A stretch of 64,000 bases of DNA from the NCBI GenBank assembly GCA_964016885.1, contig OZ024743.1, positions 129,828,001 to 129,892,000 on the forward strand, in the 5' to 3' direction. Below the pieces are notes generated by a model. That model saw only the letters and a list, made by a program, of their open reading frames with translations, did no database searches and was not told where the DNA came from. Each line of letters opens with the position of its first letter. Within the stretch, counting starts at the first letter, position 1. The position numbers were made by a program, and so were the translations under genes. This document shows, one piece after another, positions 15,501 through 30,400 of this stretch. This DNA comes from Eledone cirrhosa. Taxonomy: Eukaryota.

Positions 15501-16105
15501 ACCAAGCACCAGGCACCAAGCACCAAGCACCAAACACCAAACACCAAACACCAAGCACCAAGCACCAACCACCAAACACCAAGTACCAACACCAAACACC
15601 AAGCACCAAACACCAAGCACCAAGCACCAAGCACCAAGCACCAAGCACCAAACACCAAACACCAAACACCAAGCACCAAGCACCAAGCACCAAACACCAA
15701 GCCCCAAGTACCAAACACCAAACACCAAGCACCAAACACCAAGCACCAAGCACCAAGCACCTAGCACCAAACACCAAACACCAAGCACCAAGCACCAAAC
15801 ACCAAGCACCAATCACCAAGCACCAAACCCCAAGCAGCAAGCAGCAAGCACCAAACACCAAACTCCAAGCACCAAGCACCAAAGACCAAGCACCAAGCAC
15901 CAAACACCTAACACCTTACACCAAGCACCAAGCACCAAACACCAACCACCAAACAACAAGCACCAGGCACCAAGCACCAAACACCAAGCACCAAGCACCA
16001 AACACCAAGCACCAAGCACCAAGCACCAAACACCAAGCACCAAACACCAAGCACCAAGCACCAAGCACCAAACACCAAGAACCAAGCACCAAGCACCAAG
16101 CACCA
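581..16105. repeat. Two-copy higher-order repeat, period about 7.6-7.95 kb (copy A ~581-8226, copy B ~8227-16105)
   Basis: Matching ORF pairs: 797/8443 (offset 7646), 1196/8821 and 2163/9788 (7625), 4407/12348 and 5410/13351 (7941), 7040/14995 (7955). Rare variants are shared, e.g. AAGAACAATGC near 4401 and 12342. Confidence 0.92.
1590..3925. repeat. 1,400-bp tandem duplication nested in the 7.6-kb HOR (also present in copy B, ~9215-11990)
   Basis: The sequence from 1601 matches the sequence from 3001 almost base for base until about 2525/3925. ORF pairs 1604/3004, 1635/3035, 1824/3224 and 9229/10629 all have offset 1400. Confidence 0.93.
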
Positions 16106-18059
16106 AGTACAAACACCAAGCACCAAACACCAAGCACCAAGCACCAAGCATCAAACACCAAGCATCAAAAACCAAACACCAAACACCAAGCACCAAACAC
16201 CAAGCACCCTGCACCAAACACCAAGCACCAATCACCAAGCCCCAAACATCAAGCACCAAGCTCCAAGCACCAAACACCAAGCACCAAACACCAAACACCA
16301 AGCACCATGCTCCAAGCACCAAACACCAAACACCAAGCACCAAGCACCAAACACCAAACACCAAGCACTAAACACCAAGCACCAAGCACCAAACACCAAG
16401 CACCAAGCACCAAACGCCAAGCACCAAACACCAAGCACCAAGCACCTAGCACCAAACACCAAATGGCAAACACCAAACACCAAACAGCAAACAGCAAACA
16501 CCAAACACCAAGCACCAATCACCAAACAACAAGCACCAGGCACCAAGCACTAAACACCAAACACCAAGCACCAACCACCAAACACCAAACACCAAGCACC
16601 AAGCACCAAACACCAAGCACCAAAGACCAAACACCAAACAGCAAACACCAAACACGAAACAGCAAACACCATACAGCAAACAGCAAACACCAAAAAGCAG
16701 ACACCAAACAGCAAACAGCAAACACCAAACACCAAACAGCAAACACCAAACACCAAACACCAAACACCAAACAGCAAACACCAAGCACCAAACACCAAGC
16801 ACCAAGCACCAAACACCAAGCACCAAGCACCAAACACCAAACCCCAAGCACCAAGCACCAAACACTAATCACCAAGCACCAAGCACCAAACACCAAGCAC
16901 CAAGCACCAAACACCAAACACCAAGCACCAAAGACCAAGCACCAAGCACCAAACACCAAGCACCAAGCACCAAACACCAAGCACCAAGCACCAAACGCCA
17001 ACCACCCAGCACCAAGCACCAAGCACCAAACACAAAACACCAAGCACCAGGCACCAAGCACCAAGCACCAAACACCAAACACCAAACACCAAGCACCAAG
17101 CACCAACCACCAAACACCAAGTACCAAGCACCAAACACCAAGCACCAAACACCAAGCACCAAGCACCAAGCACCTAGCACCTAACACCAAACACCAAGCA
17201 CCAAGCACCAAACACCAAGCACCAATCACCAAGCACCAAACACCAAGCAGCAAGCAGCAAGCACCAAACACCAAACACCAAGCACCAAGCACCAAACACC
17301 AAGCACCAAACACCAAACACCTTACACCAAGCACCAAGCACCAAGCACCAAGCACCAAGCACCAAACACCAGGCACCAAACACCAAACACCAAGCACCAA
17401 GCACCAAACACCAGGCACCAAGCACCAAACACCAAGCACCAAGCACCAAACACCAAGCACCAAGCACCAAACACCAAACACCAAGCACCAAACACCTAAC
17501 ACCAAGCACCAAACACCAAGCACCAAGCACCAAGCACCTAGCACCAAACACCAAACACCAAGCACCAAGCACCAAACACCAAGCACCAATCACCAAGCAC
17601 CAAACCCCAAGCTGCATGCAGCAAGCACCAAACACCAAACACCAAGCACCAAGCACCAAACACCAAGCACCAAGCACCAATCACCTAACACCTTACACCA
17701 AGCACCAAGCACCAAACACCAAGCACCAAGCACCAAACACCAAGCACCAAGCACCAAGCACCAAACACCAAACACCAAACACCAAGCACCAAGCACCAAG
17801 CACCAAACTCCAAGCACCAAACACCAAGCACCAAGCACCAAGCACCAAACACCAAGAACCAAGCACCAAGCACCAAGTACAAACACCAAGCACCAAGCAC
17901 CAAACACGAAACACCAAGCACCAAGCACCAAGCACCAAACACCAAACACCAAACACCAAGCACCAAGCACCAAGCACCAAACTCCAAGCACCAAACACCA
18001 AGCACCAAGCACCAAGCACCAAACACCAAGAACCAAGCACCAAGCACCAAGTACAAACA

Positions 18060-21000
18060 CCAAGCATCAAAAACCAAACACCAAACACCAAGCACCAAAC
18101 ACCAAGCACCCTGCACCAAACACCAAGCACCAATCACCAAACACCAAACACGAAGCACCAAGCTCCAAGCACCAAACACCAAGCACCAAACACCAAACAC
18201 CAAGCACCATGCACCAAGCACCAAACACCAAACACCAAGCACCAAGCACTAAACACCAAGCACCAAGCACCAAACAACAAGCACCAGGCACCAAACACCA
18301 AGCACCAAGCACCAAACGCCAAGCACCAAACACCAAGCACCAAGCACCAAGCACCAAACACCAAACGGCAAACACCAAACACCAAACGCCAAGCACCAAA
18401 CACCAAACACCAAGCACAGATCACAAAACAACAAGCACCAGGCACCAAGCACTAAACACCAAAAACCAAGCACCAAGCACCAAACACCAAGCACCAAAGA
18501 CCAAACACCAAACAGCAAACACCAAATACGAAACAGCAAACACCATACAGCAAACACCAAACACCAAAAACCAGACACCAAACAGTAAACACCAAACACC
18601 AAACACCAAGCACCAAGCACCAAGCACCTAGCACCAAACACCAAACACCAAGCACCAAGCACCAAACACCAAGCACCAATCACCAAGCACCAAACCCCAA
18701 GCAGCAAGCAGCAAGCACCAAACACCAAACACCAAGCACCAAGCACCAAAGACCAAGCACCAAGCACCAAACACCAACCACCAAACACTAAGCACCAGGC
18801 ACCAAGCACCAAACACCAAGCACCCAGCACCAAACACCAAGCACCAAGCACCAAGCACCAAACACCAAACACCAAACACCTAACACCAAGCACCAAGCAC
18901 CAAGCACCAAACACCAAGCACCAAACACCAAGCACCAAGCACCAAGCACCAAACACCAAGAACCAAGCAGCAAGCACCAAGCACCAAGTACAAACACCAA
19001 GCACCAAACACCAAACACCAAGCACCAAGCACCAAGCATCAAACACCAAGCATCAAAAACCAAACACCAAACACCAAGCACCAAACACCAAGCACCCTGC
19101 ACCAAACACCAAGCACCAATCACCAAGCACCAAACATGAAGCACCAAGCTCCAAGCACCAAACACCAAGCACCAAACACCGAACACCAAGCACCATGCAC
19201 CAAGCACCAAACACCAAACACCAAGCACCAAGCACCAAACACCAAACACCAAGCACCAAGCACCAAGCACCAAACAACAAGCACCAGGCACCAAACACCA
19301 AGCACCAAGCACCAAACGCCAAGCACCAAACACCAAGCACCAAGCACCAAGCACCAAACACCAAACGGCAAACACCAAACACCAAACAGCAAACAGCAAA
19401 CACCAAACACCAAGCACCAATCACCAAACAACAAGCACCAGGCACCAAGCACTAAACACCAAACACCAAGCACCAAGCACCAAACACCAAACACCAAGCA
19501 CCAAGCACCAAACACCAAGCACCAAGCACCAAACACCAAACACCAAACACCTAACACCAAGCACCAAGCACCAAGCACCAAACACCAAGCACCAAACACC
19601 AAGCACCAAGCACCAAGCACCAAACACCAAGAACCAAGCACCAAGCACCAAGCACCAAGTACAAACGCCAAGCACCAAACACCAAGCACCAAGCACCAAA
19701 CACCAAGCACCAAGCACCAAGCACCAAACACCAAGCACCAAACACCAAGCACCAAGCACCAAGCACCAAACACCAAGCACCAAGCACCAAAGACCAAGCA
19801 CCAAGCACCAAACACCAACCACCAAACACCAAGCACCAGGCACCAAGCACTAAACACCAAGCACCAAGCACCAAGCACCAAACACCAAACACCAAACACC
19901 TAACACCAAGCACCAAGCACCAAGCACCAAACACCAAGCACCAAACACCAAGCACCAAGCACCAAGCACCAAACACCAAGAACCAAGCACCAAGCACCAA
20001 GCACCAAGCATCAAACACCAAGCATCAAAAACCAAACACCAAACACCAAGCACCAAACACCAAGCACCCTGCACCAAACACCAAGCACCAATCACCAAGC
20101 ACCAAACATGAAGCACCAAGCTCCAAGCACCAAACTCCAAGCACCAAACACCAAACACCAAGCACCATGCACCAAGCACCAAACACCAAACACCAAGCAC
20201 CAAGCACCAAACACCAAACACCAAGCACCAAGCACCAAGCACCAAACAACAAGCACCAGGCACCAAACACCAAGCACCAAGCACCAAACGCCAAGCACCA
20301 AACACCAAGCACCAAGCACCAAGCACCAAGCACCAAACACCAAACGGCAAACACCAAACCCCAAACAGCAAACAGCAAACACCAAACACCAAGCACCAAT
20401 CACCAAACAACAAGCACCAGGCACCAAGCACTAAACACCAAACACCAAGCACCAAGCACCAAACACCAAACACCAAGCACCAAGCACCAAACACCAAGCA
20501 CCAAAGACCAAACAGCAAACAGCAAACACCAACCACCAAACACCAAGCACCAGGCACCAAGCAACAAACACCAAGCACCAAGCACCAAACACCAAGCACC
20601 AAGCACCAAACACCAAACACCAAACACCTAACACCAAGCACCAAGCACCAAGCACCAAACACCAAGCACCAAACACCAAGCACCAAGCACCAAGCACCAA
20701 ACACCAAGAACCAAGCACCAAGCACCAAGCACCAAGTACAAACGCCAAGCACCAAACACCAAGCACCAAGCACCAAACACCAAGCACCAAGCACCAAACA
20801 CCAAACACCAAACACCTAACACCAAGCACCAAGCACCAAGCACCAAACACCAAGCACCAAACACCAAGCACCAAGCACCAAGCACCAAACACCAAGCACC
20901 AAGCACCAAGCATCAAATACCAAGCATCAAAAACCAAACACCAAACACCAAGCACCAAACACCAAGCACCCTGCACCAAACACCAAGCACCAATCACCAA

Positions 21001-21260
21001 GCACCAAACATGAAGCACCAAGCTCCAAGCACCAAACACCAAGCACCAAACACCAAACACCAAGCACCATGCACCAGGCACCAAACACCAAACACCAAGC
21101 ACCAAGCACCAAACACCAAACACCAAGCACTAAACACCAAGCACCAAGCACCAAACAACAAGCACCAGGCACCAAACACCAAGCACCAAGCACCAAACGC
21201 CAAGCACCAAACACCAAGCACCAAGCACCAAGCACCAAACACCAAACGGCAAACACCAAG
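18060..21260. repeat. Run of ~0.9-1.0 kb higher-order units
   Basis: The landmark CATCAAA-AACCAAA...CACCCTG...CAYGAAG-CACCAAG-CTCCAAG...CACCATG recurs near 18065, 19051, 20023 and 20925. ORF ends at 18067, 19053, 20025 and 20927 give spacings of 986, 972 and 902. Confidence 0.8.
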
Positions 21261-21419
21261 CACCAGGCACCAAGCACTAAACACCAAACACCAAGCACCA
21301 AGCTCCAAACACCAAACACCAAGCACCAAGCACCAAACACCAAGCACCAAACAGCAAACACCAAACACCAAAAAGCAGACACCAAACAGCAAACACCAAA
21401 CACCAAACACCAAACAGCA

Positions 21420-24400
21420 AACAGCAAACACCAAACACCAAGCACCAAACACCAAGTACCAAGCACCAAACACCAAGCACCAAGCACCAAATACCAAACC
21501 CCAAGCACCAAGCACCAAACACTAATCACCAAGCACCAAGCACTAAGCACCAAACACCAAGCACCAAGCACCAAGCACCAAAAACCAAACACCAAGCACC
21601 AAAGACCAAGCACCAAGCACCAAGCACCAAACACCAAGCACCAAGCACCAAACACCAAGCACCAAGCACCAAACACCAACCACCCAGCACCAAGCACCAA
21701 TCACCAAACACCAAACACCAAGCACCAAGCACCAAACACCAAGCACCAAGCACCAAACACCAAGCCCCAATCACCAAGCACCTTACACCAAGCACCAAGC
21801 ACCAAGCACCTAGCACCAAAAACCAAACACCAAGCACCAAACACCAAACACCAAACACCAAGCACCAAGCACCAATCACCAAACAACAAGCACCAGGCAC
21901 CAAGCACCAAACACCAATCACCAAGCACCAAGCACCAATCACCAAAAAACAAGCACCAAGCACCAAACACCAAACACCAAGCACCAAACACCAAACACCA
22001 AACACCAAACACCAAACACCAAACAGCAAACACCAAACACGAAACAGCAAACACCATACAGCAAACACCAAAAACCAAAAAGCAGACAGCAAATAGCAAA
22101 CAGCAAACAGCAAACAGCAAACACCAAACACCAAACAGCAAACACCAAACACCAAACCCCAAGCTCCAAGCACCAAACACTAATCACCAAGCACCAAGCA
22201 CCAAACACCAAGCACCAAGCCCCAAACACCAAACACCAAGCACCAAAGACCAAGCACCAAGCACCAAGCACCAAACACCAAGCACCAAGCACCAAACACC
22301 AAGCACCAAGCACCAAACGCCAACCACCCAGCACCAAGCACCAAGCACCAAACACAAAACACCAAGCACCAGGCACCAAGCACCAAGCACCAAACACCAA
22401 ACACCAAACACCAAGCACCAAGCACCAACCACCAAACACCAAGTACCAAGCACCAAACACCAAGCACCAAACACCAAGCACCAAGCACCTAGCACCTAAC
22501 ACCAAACACCAAGCACCAAGCACCAAACACCAAGCACCAATCACCAAGCACCAAACACCAAGCAGCAAGCAGCAAGCACCAAACACCAAACACCAAGCAC
22601 CAAGCACCAAACACCAAGCACCAAGCACCAAACACCTAACATCTTACACCAAGCACCAAGCACCAAGCACCAAGCACCAAACACCAAGCACCAAACACCA
22701 AACACCAAGCACCAAGCACCAAACACCAGGCACCAAGCACCAAACACCAAGCACCAAGCACCAAACACCAAGCACCAAGCACCAAACACCAAACACCAAA
22801 CACCTAACACCAAGCACCAAGCACCAAGCACCAAACCCCAAGCACCAAACACCAAGCACCAAGCACCAAGCACCAAACACCAAGAACCAAGCACCAAGCA
22901 CCAAGCACCAAGTACAAACGCCAAGCACCAAACACCAAGCACCAACACCAAACACCAAGCACCAAGCACCAAACACCAAACACCAAACACCTAACACCAA
23001 GCACCAAGCACCAAGCACCAAACACCAAGCACCAAACACCAAGCACCAAGCACCAAGCACCAAACACCAAGCACCAAGCACCAAAGACCAAGCACCAAGC
23101 ACCAAACACCAACCACCAAACACCAAGCACCAGGCACCAAGCACCAAACACCAAGCACCAAGCACCAAACACCAAGCACCAAGCACCAAGCACCAAACAC
23201 CAAACACCAAACACCTAACACCAAGCACCAAGCACCAAGCACCAAACACCAAGCACCAAACACCAAGCACCAAGCACCAAGCACCAAACACCAAGAACCA
23301 AGCACCAAGCACCAAGCACCAAGTACAAACACCAAGCACCAAACACCAAACACCAAGCACCAAGCACCAAGCATCAAACACCAAGCATCAAAAACCAAAC
23401 ACCAAACACCAAGCACCAAACACCAAGCACCAATCACCAAACACCAAACACCAAGCACCATGCACCAAGCACCAAACACCAAACACCAAGCACCAAGCAC
23501 CAAACACCAAACAACAAGCACCAGGCACCAAACACCAAGCACCAAGCACCAAACGCCAAGCACCAAACACCAAGCACCAAGCACCAAGCACCAAACACCA
23601 AACGGCAAACACCAAACACCAAACAGCAAACAGCAAACACCAAACACCAAGCACCAATCACCAAACAACAAGCACCAGGCACCAAGCACTAAACACCAAA
23701 CACCAAGCACCAAGCACCAAACACCAAACACCAAGCACCAAGCACCAAACACCAAGCACCAAAGACCAAACACCAAACAGCAAACACCAACCACCAAACA
23801 CCAAGCACCAGGCACCAAGCACCAAACACCAAGCACCAAGCACCAAACACCAAGCACCAAGCACCAAACACCAAACACCAAACACCTAACACCAAGCACC
23901 AAGCACCAAGCACCAAACACCAAGCACCAAACACCAAGCACCAAGCACCAAGCACCAAACACCAAGAACCAAGCACCAAGCACCAAGCACCAAGTACAAA
24001 TGCCAAGCACCAAACACCAAGCACCAAGCACCAAACACCAAGCACCAAGCACCAAACACCAAACACCAAACACCTAACACCAAGCACCAAGCACCAAGCA
24101 CCAAACACCAAGCACCAAACACCAAGCACCAAGCACCAAGCACCAAGCACCAAACACCAAGCACCAAGCACCAAGCATCAAACACCAAGCATCAAAAACC
24201 AAACACCAAACACCAAGCACCAAACACCAAGCACCCTGCACCAAACACCAAGCACCAATCACCAAGCACCAAACATGAAGCACCAAGCTCCAGGCACCAA
24301 ACACCAAGCACCAAACACCAAACACCAAGCACCATGCACCAAGCACCAAACACCAAACACCAAGCACCAAGCACCAAACACCAAACACCAAGCACTAAAT

Positions 24401-27400
24401 ACCAAGCACCAAGCACCAAACAACAAGCACCAGGCACCAAACACCAAGCACCAAGCACCAAACGCCAAGCACCAAACACCAAGCACCAAGCACCAAGCAC
24501 CAAACACCAAACGGCAAACACCAAACACCAAACAGCAAACAGCAAACAGCAAACACCAAGCACCAATCACCAAACAACAAGCACCAGGCACCAAGCACTA
24601 AACACCAAACACCAAGCACCAAGCACCAAACACCAAACACCAAGCACCAAGCACCAAACACCAAGCACCAAACAGCAAACACCAAACACGAAACAGCAAA
24701 CACCATACAGCAAACACCAAACACCAAAAAGCAGACACCAAACAGCAAACACCAAACACCAAACACCAAACAGCAAACAGCAAACACCAAACACCAAGCA
24801 CCAAACACCAAGTACCAAGCACCAAACACCAAGCACCAAGCACCAAATACCAAACCCCAAGCACCAAGCACCAAACACTAATCACCAAGCACCAAGCACT
24901 AAGCACCAAACACCAAGCACCAAGCACCAAGCACCAAAAACCAAACACCAAGCACCAAAGACCAAGCACCAAGCACCAAGCACCAAACACCAAGCACCAA
25001 GCACCAAACACCAAGCACCAAGCACCAAACACCAACCACCCAGCACCAAGCACCAATCACCAAACACCAAACACCAAGCACCAAGCACCAAACACCAAGC
25101 ACCAAGCACCAAACACCAAGCCCCAATCACCAAGCACCTTACACCAAGCACCAAGCACCAAGCACCTAGCACCAAAAACCAAACACCAAGCACCAAACAC
25201 CAAACACCAAACACCAAGCACCAAGCACCAATCACCAAACAACAAGCACCAGGGACCAAGCACCAAACACCAATCACCAAGCACCAAGCACCACTCACCA
25301 AAAAACAAGCACCAAGCACCAAACACCAAACACCAAGCACCAAACACCAAACACCAAACACCAAACACCAAACAGCAAACACCAAACACGAAACAGCAAA
25401 CACAATACAGCAAACACCAAAAACCAAAAAGCAGACAGCAAATAGCAAACAGCAAACAGCAAACACCAAACACCAAACACCAAACAGCAAACAACAAACA
25501 CCAAGCACCAAACACCAAGCACCAAGCACCAAACACCAAGCACCAAGCACCAAACACCAAACCCCAAGCTCCAAGCACCAAACACTAATCACCAAGCACC
25601 AAGCACCAAACACCAAGCACCAAGCACCAAACACCAAACACCAAGCACCAAAGACCAAGCACCAAGCACCAAGCACCAAACACCAAGCACCAAGCACCAA
25701 ACACCAAGCACCAAGCACCAAACGCCAACCACCCAGCACCAAGCACCAAGCACCAAACACAAAACACCAAGCACCAAGCACCAAACACCAAACACCAAAC
25801 ACCAAGCACCAAGCACCAACCACCAAACACCAAGTACCAAGCACCAAACACCAAGCACCAAACACCAAGCACCAAGCACCTAGCACCTAACACCAAACAC
25901 CAAGCACCAAGCACCAAACACCAAGCACCAATCACCAAGCACCAAACACCAAGCAGCAAGCAGCAAGCACCAAACACCAAACACCAAGCACCAAGCACCA
26001 AACACCAAGCCCCAAGCACCAAACACCTAACATCTTACACCAAGCACCAAGCACCAAGCACCAAGCACCAAACACCAAGCACCAAACACCAAACACCAAG
26101 CACCAAGCACCAAACACCAGGCACCAAGCACCAAACACCAAGCACCAAGCACCAAACACCAAACACCAAGCACCAAACACCAAACACCAAGCACCAAACA
26201 CCTAACACCAAGCACCAAGCACCAAGCACCAAGCACCAAACACCAAGCACCAAACACCAAACACCAAGCACCAAGCACCAAACACCAGGCACCAAGCACC
26301 AAACACCAAGCACCAAGCACCAAACACCAAACACCAAGCACCAAACACCAAACACCAAGCACCAAACACCTAACACCAAGCACCAAGCACCTAGCACCAA
26401 ACACCAAACACCAAGCACCAAGCACCATACACCAAGCACCAATCACCAAGCACCAAACCCCAAGCAGCAAGCAGCAAGCACCAAACACCAAACACCAAGC
26501 ACCAAGCACCAAACACCAAGCACCAAGCACCAAACACCTAACACCTTACACCAAACACCAAGCACCAAACACCAAGCACCAAGCACCAAACACCAAGCAC
26601 CAAGCACCATGCACCAAACACCAAACACCAAACACCAAGCACCAAGCACCAAGCACCAAACTCCAAGCACCAAACACCAAGCACCAAGCACCAAGCACCA
26701 AACACCGAGAACCAAGCACCAAGCACCAAGCACCAAGTACAAACACCAAGCACCAAGCACCAAACACCAAGCACCATGCACCAAGCACCAAACACCAAAC
26801 ACCAAGCACCAAGCACTAAACACCAAGCACCAAGCACCGAACAACAAGCACCAGGCACCAAACACCAAGCACCAAGCACCAAACGCCAAGCACCAAACAC
26901 CAAGCACCAAGCACCAAGCACCAAACACCAAACGGCAAACACCAAACACCAAACGCCAAGCACCAAACACCAAACACCAAGCACCAATCACAAAAAACAA
27001 GCACCAGGCACCAAGCACTAAACACCAAAAACCAAGCTCCAAGCACCAAACACCAAGCACCAAAGACCAAACACCAAACAGCAAACACCAAACACCATAC
27101 AGCAAACACCAAACACCAAAAAGCAGACACCAAACAGCAAACACCAAACCCCAAACACCAAGCACCAAGCACCAAACACCAAGCACCAAAGACCAAACAC
27201 CAAACAGCAAAGACCAAACACGAAACAGCAAACACCATACAGCAAACACCAAACACCAAACACCAAACAGCAAACAGCAAATACCAAACACCTAGCACCA
27301 AACACCAAGTACCAAGCACCAAACACCAAGCACCAAGCAGCAAACACCAAACCCCAAGCACCAAGCACCAAACACTAATCACCAAGCACCAAGCACCAAG

Positions 27401-30400
27401 CACCAAATACCAAGCACCAAGCACCAAGAACCAAACACCAAACACCAAGCATGCAGCACCAAACACCAAGCACCAAGCACCAAGCACCAAAGACCAAGCA
27501 CCAAGCACCAAGCACCAAAGACCAAGCACCAAGCACCAAACACCAAACACCAAGCACCAAGCACCAAACACCAAACACCAAGCACCAAACACCAAAGACC
27601 AAGCACCAAACACAAAGCACCAAGCACCAAACGCCAACCACCCAGCACCGAGCACCAAGCACCAAACACCAAGCAGCAAACACCAAACAGCAAACACCAA
27701 ACACCAAACAGCAAACACCAAACACCAAGCACCAAGCACCAAACACCAAGCACCAAGCCCCAAACACCAAGCACCAAGCACCAAGCACCAAACACCAAGC
27801 CCCAAGCACCAAGCATCAAGCACCAAACACCAAGCACCAAGCACCAAACACCAAGCACCAAGCACCAAACGCCAACCACCCAGCACCAAGCACCAAGCAC
27901 CAAACACCAAACACCAAACACCAAACACAAAACAGCAAACAGCAAACACCAAACACCAAGCACCAAACACCAAGTACCAAGCACCAAACACCAAGCACCA
28001 AGCACCAAATACCAAACCCCAAGCACCAAGCACCAAACACTAATCACCAAGCACCAAGCACTAAGCACCAAACACCAAGCACCAAGCACCAAGCACCAAA
28101 AACCAAAGACCAAGCACCAAAGACCAAGCACCAAGCACCAAGCACCAAACACCAAGCACCAAGCACCAAACACCAAGCACCAAGCACCAAACACCAACAA
28201 CCCAGCACCAAGCACCAATCACCAAACACCAAACACCAAGCACCAAGCACCAAACACCAAGCACCAAGCACCAAACACCAAGCCCCAATCACCAAGCACC
28301 TTACACCAAGCACCAAGCACCAAGCACCTAGCACCAAAAACCAAACACCAAGCACCAAACACCAAACACCAAACACCAAGCACCAAGCACCAATCACCAA
28401 ACAACAAGCACCAGGCACCAAGCACCAAACACCAATCACCAAGCACCAAGCACCAATCACCAAAAAACAAGCACCAAGCACCAAACACCAAACACCAAGC
28501 ACCAAACACCAAACACCAAACACCAAACACCAAACACCAAACAGCAAACACCAAACACGAAACAGCAAACACCATACAGCAAACACCAAAAACCAAAAAG
28601 CAGACAGCAAATAGCAAACAGCAAACAGCAAACACCAAACACCAAACACCAAACAGCAAACACCAAACACCAAGCACCAAACACCAAGCACCAAGCACCA
28701 AACACCAAGCACCAAGCACCAAACACCAAACCCCAAGCTCCAAGCACCAAACACTAATCACCAAGCACCAAGCACAAAACACCAAGCACCAAGCACCAAA
28801 CACCAAACACCAAGCACCAAAGACCAAGCACCAAGCACCAAGCACCAAACACCAAGCACCAAGCACCAAACACCAAGCACCAAGCACCAAACGCCAACCA
28901 CCCAGCACCAAGCACCAAGCACCAAACACAAAACACCAAGCACCAGGCACCAAGCACCAAGCACCAAACACCAAACACCAAACACCAAGCACCAAGCACC
29001 AACCACCAAACACCAAGTACCAAGCACCAAACACCAAGCACCAAACACCAAGCACCAAGCACCTAGCACCTAACACCAAACACCAAGCACCAAGCACCAA
29101 ACACCAAGCACCAATCACCAAGCACCAAACACCAAGCAGCAAGCAGCAAGCACCAAACACCAAACACCAAGCACCAAGCACCAAACACCAAGCACCAAGC
29201 ACCAAACACCTAACATCTTACACCAAGCACCAAGCACCAAGCACCAAGCACCAAACACCAAGCACCAAACACCAAACACCAAGCACCAAGCACCAAACAC
29301 CAGGCACCAAGCACCAAACACCAAGCACCAAGCACCAAACACCAAGCACCAAGCACCAAACACCAAACACCAAACACCTAACACCAAGCACCAAGCACCA
29401 AGCACCAAACACCAAGCACCAAACACCAAGCACCAAGCACCAAGCACCAAACACCAAGAACCAAGCACCAAGCACCAAGCACCAAGTACAAACGCCAAGC
29501 ACCAAACACCAAGCACCAAGCACCAAACACCAAGCACCAAGCACCAAACACCAAACACCAAACACCTAACACCAAGCACCAAGCACCAAGCACCAAACAC
29601 CAAGCACCAAACACCAAGCACCAAGCACCAAGCACCAAACACCAAGCACCAAGCACCAAAGACCAAGCACCAAGCACCAAACACCAACCACCAAACACCA
29701 AGCACCAGGCACCAAGCACCAAACACCAAGCACCAAGCACCAAACACCAAGCACCAAGCACCAAGCACCAAACACCAAACACCAAACACCTAACACCAAG
29801 CACCAAGCACCAAGCACCAAACACCAAGCACCAAACACCAAGCACCAAGCACCAAGCACCAAACACCAAGAACCAAGCACCAAGCACCAAGCACCAAGTA
29901 CAAACACCAAGCACCAAACACCAAACACCAAGCACCAAGCACCAAGCATCAAACACCAAGCATCAAAAACCAAACACCAAACACCAAGCACCAAACACCA
30001 AGCACCCTGCACCAAACACCAAGCACCAATCACCAAACACCAAACACCAAGCACCATGCACCAAGCACCAAACACCAAACACCAAGCACCAAGCAACAAA
30101 CACCAAACACCAAGCACCAAGCACCAAGCACCAAACAACAAGCACCAGGCACCAAACACCAAGCACCAAGCACCAAACGCCAAGCACCAAACACCAAGCA
30201 CCAAGCACCAAGCACCAAACACCAAACGGCAAACACCAAACACCAAACAGTAAACAGCAAACACCAAACACCAAGCACCAATCACCAAACAACAAGCACC
30301 AGGCACCAAGCACTAAACACCAAACACCAAGCACCAAGCACCAAACACCAAACACCAAGCACCAAGCACCAAACACCAAGCACCAAGCACCAAACACCAA

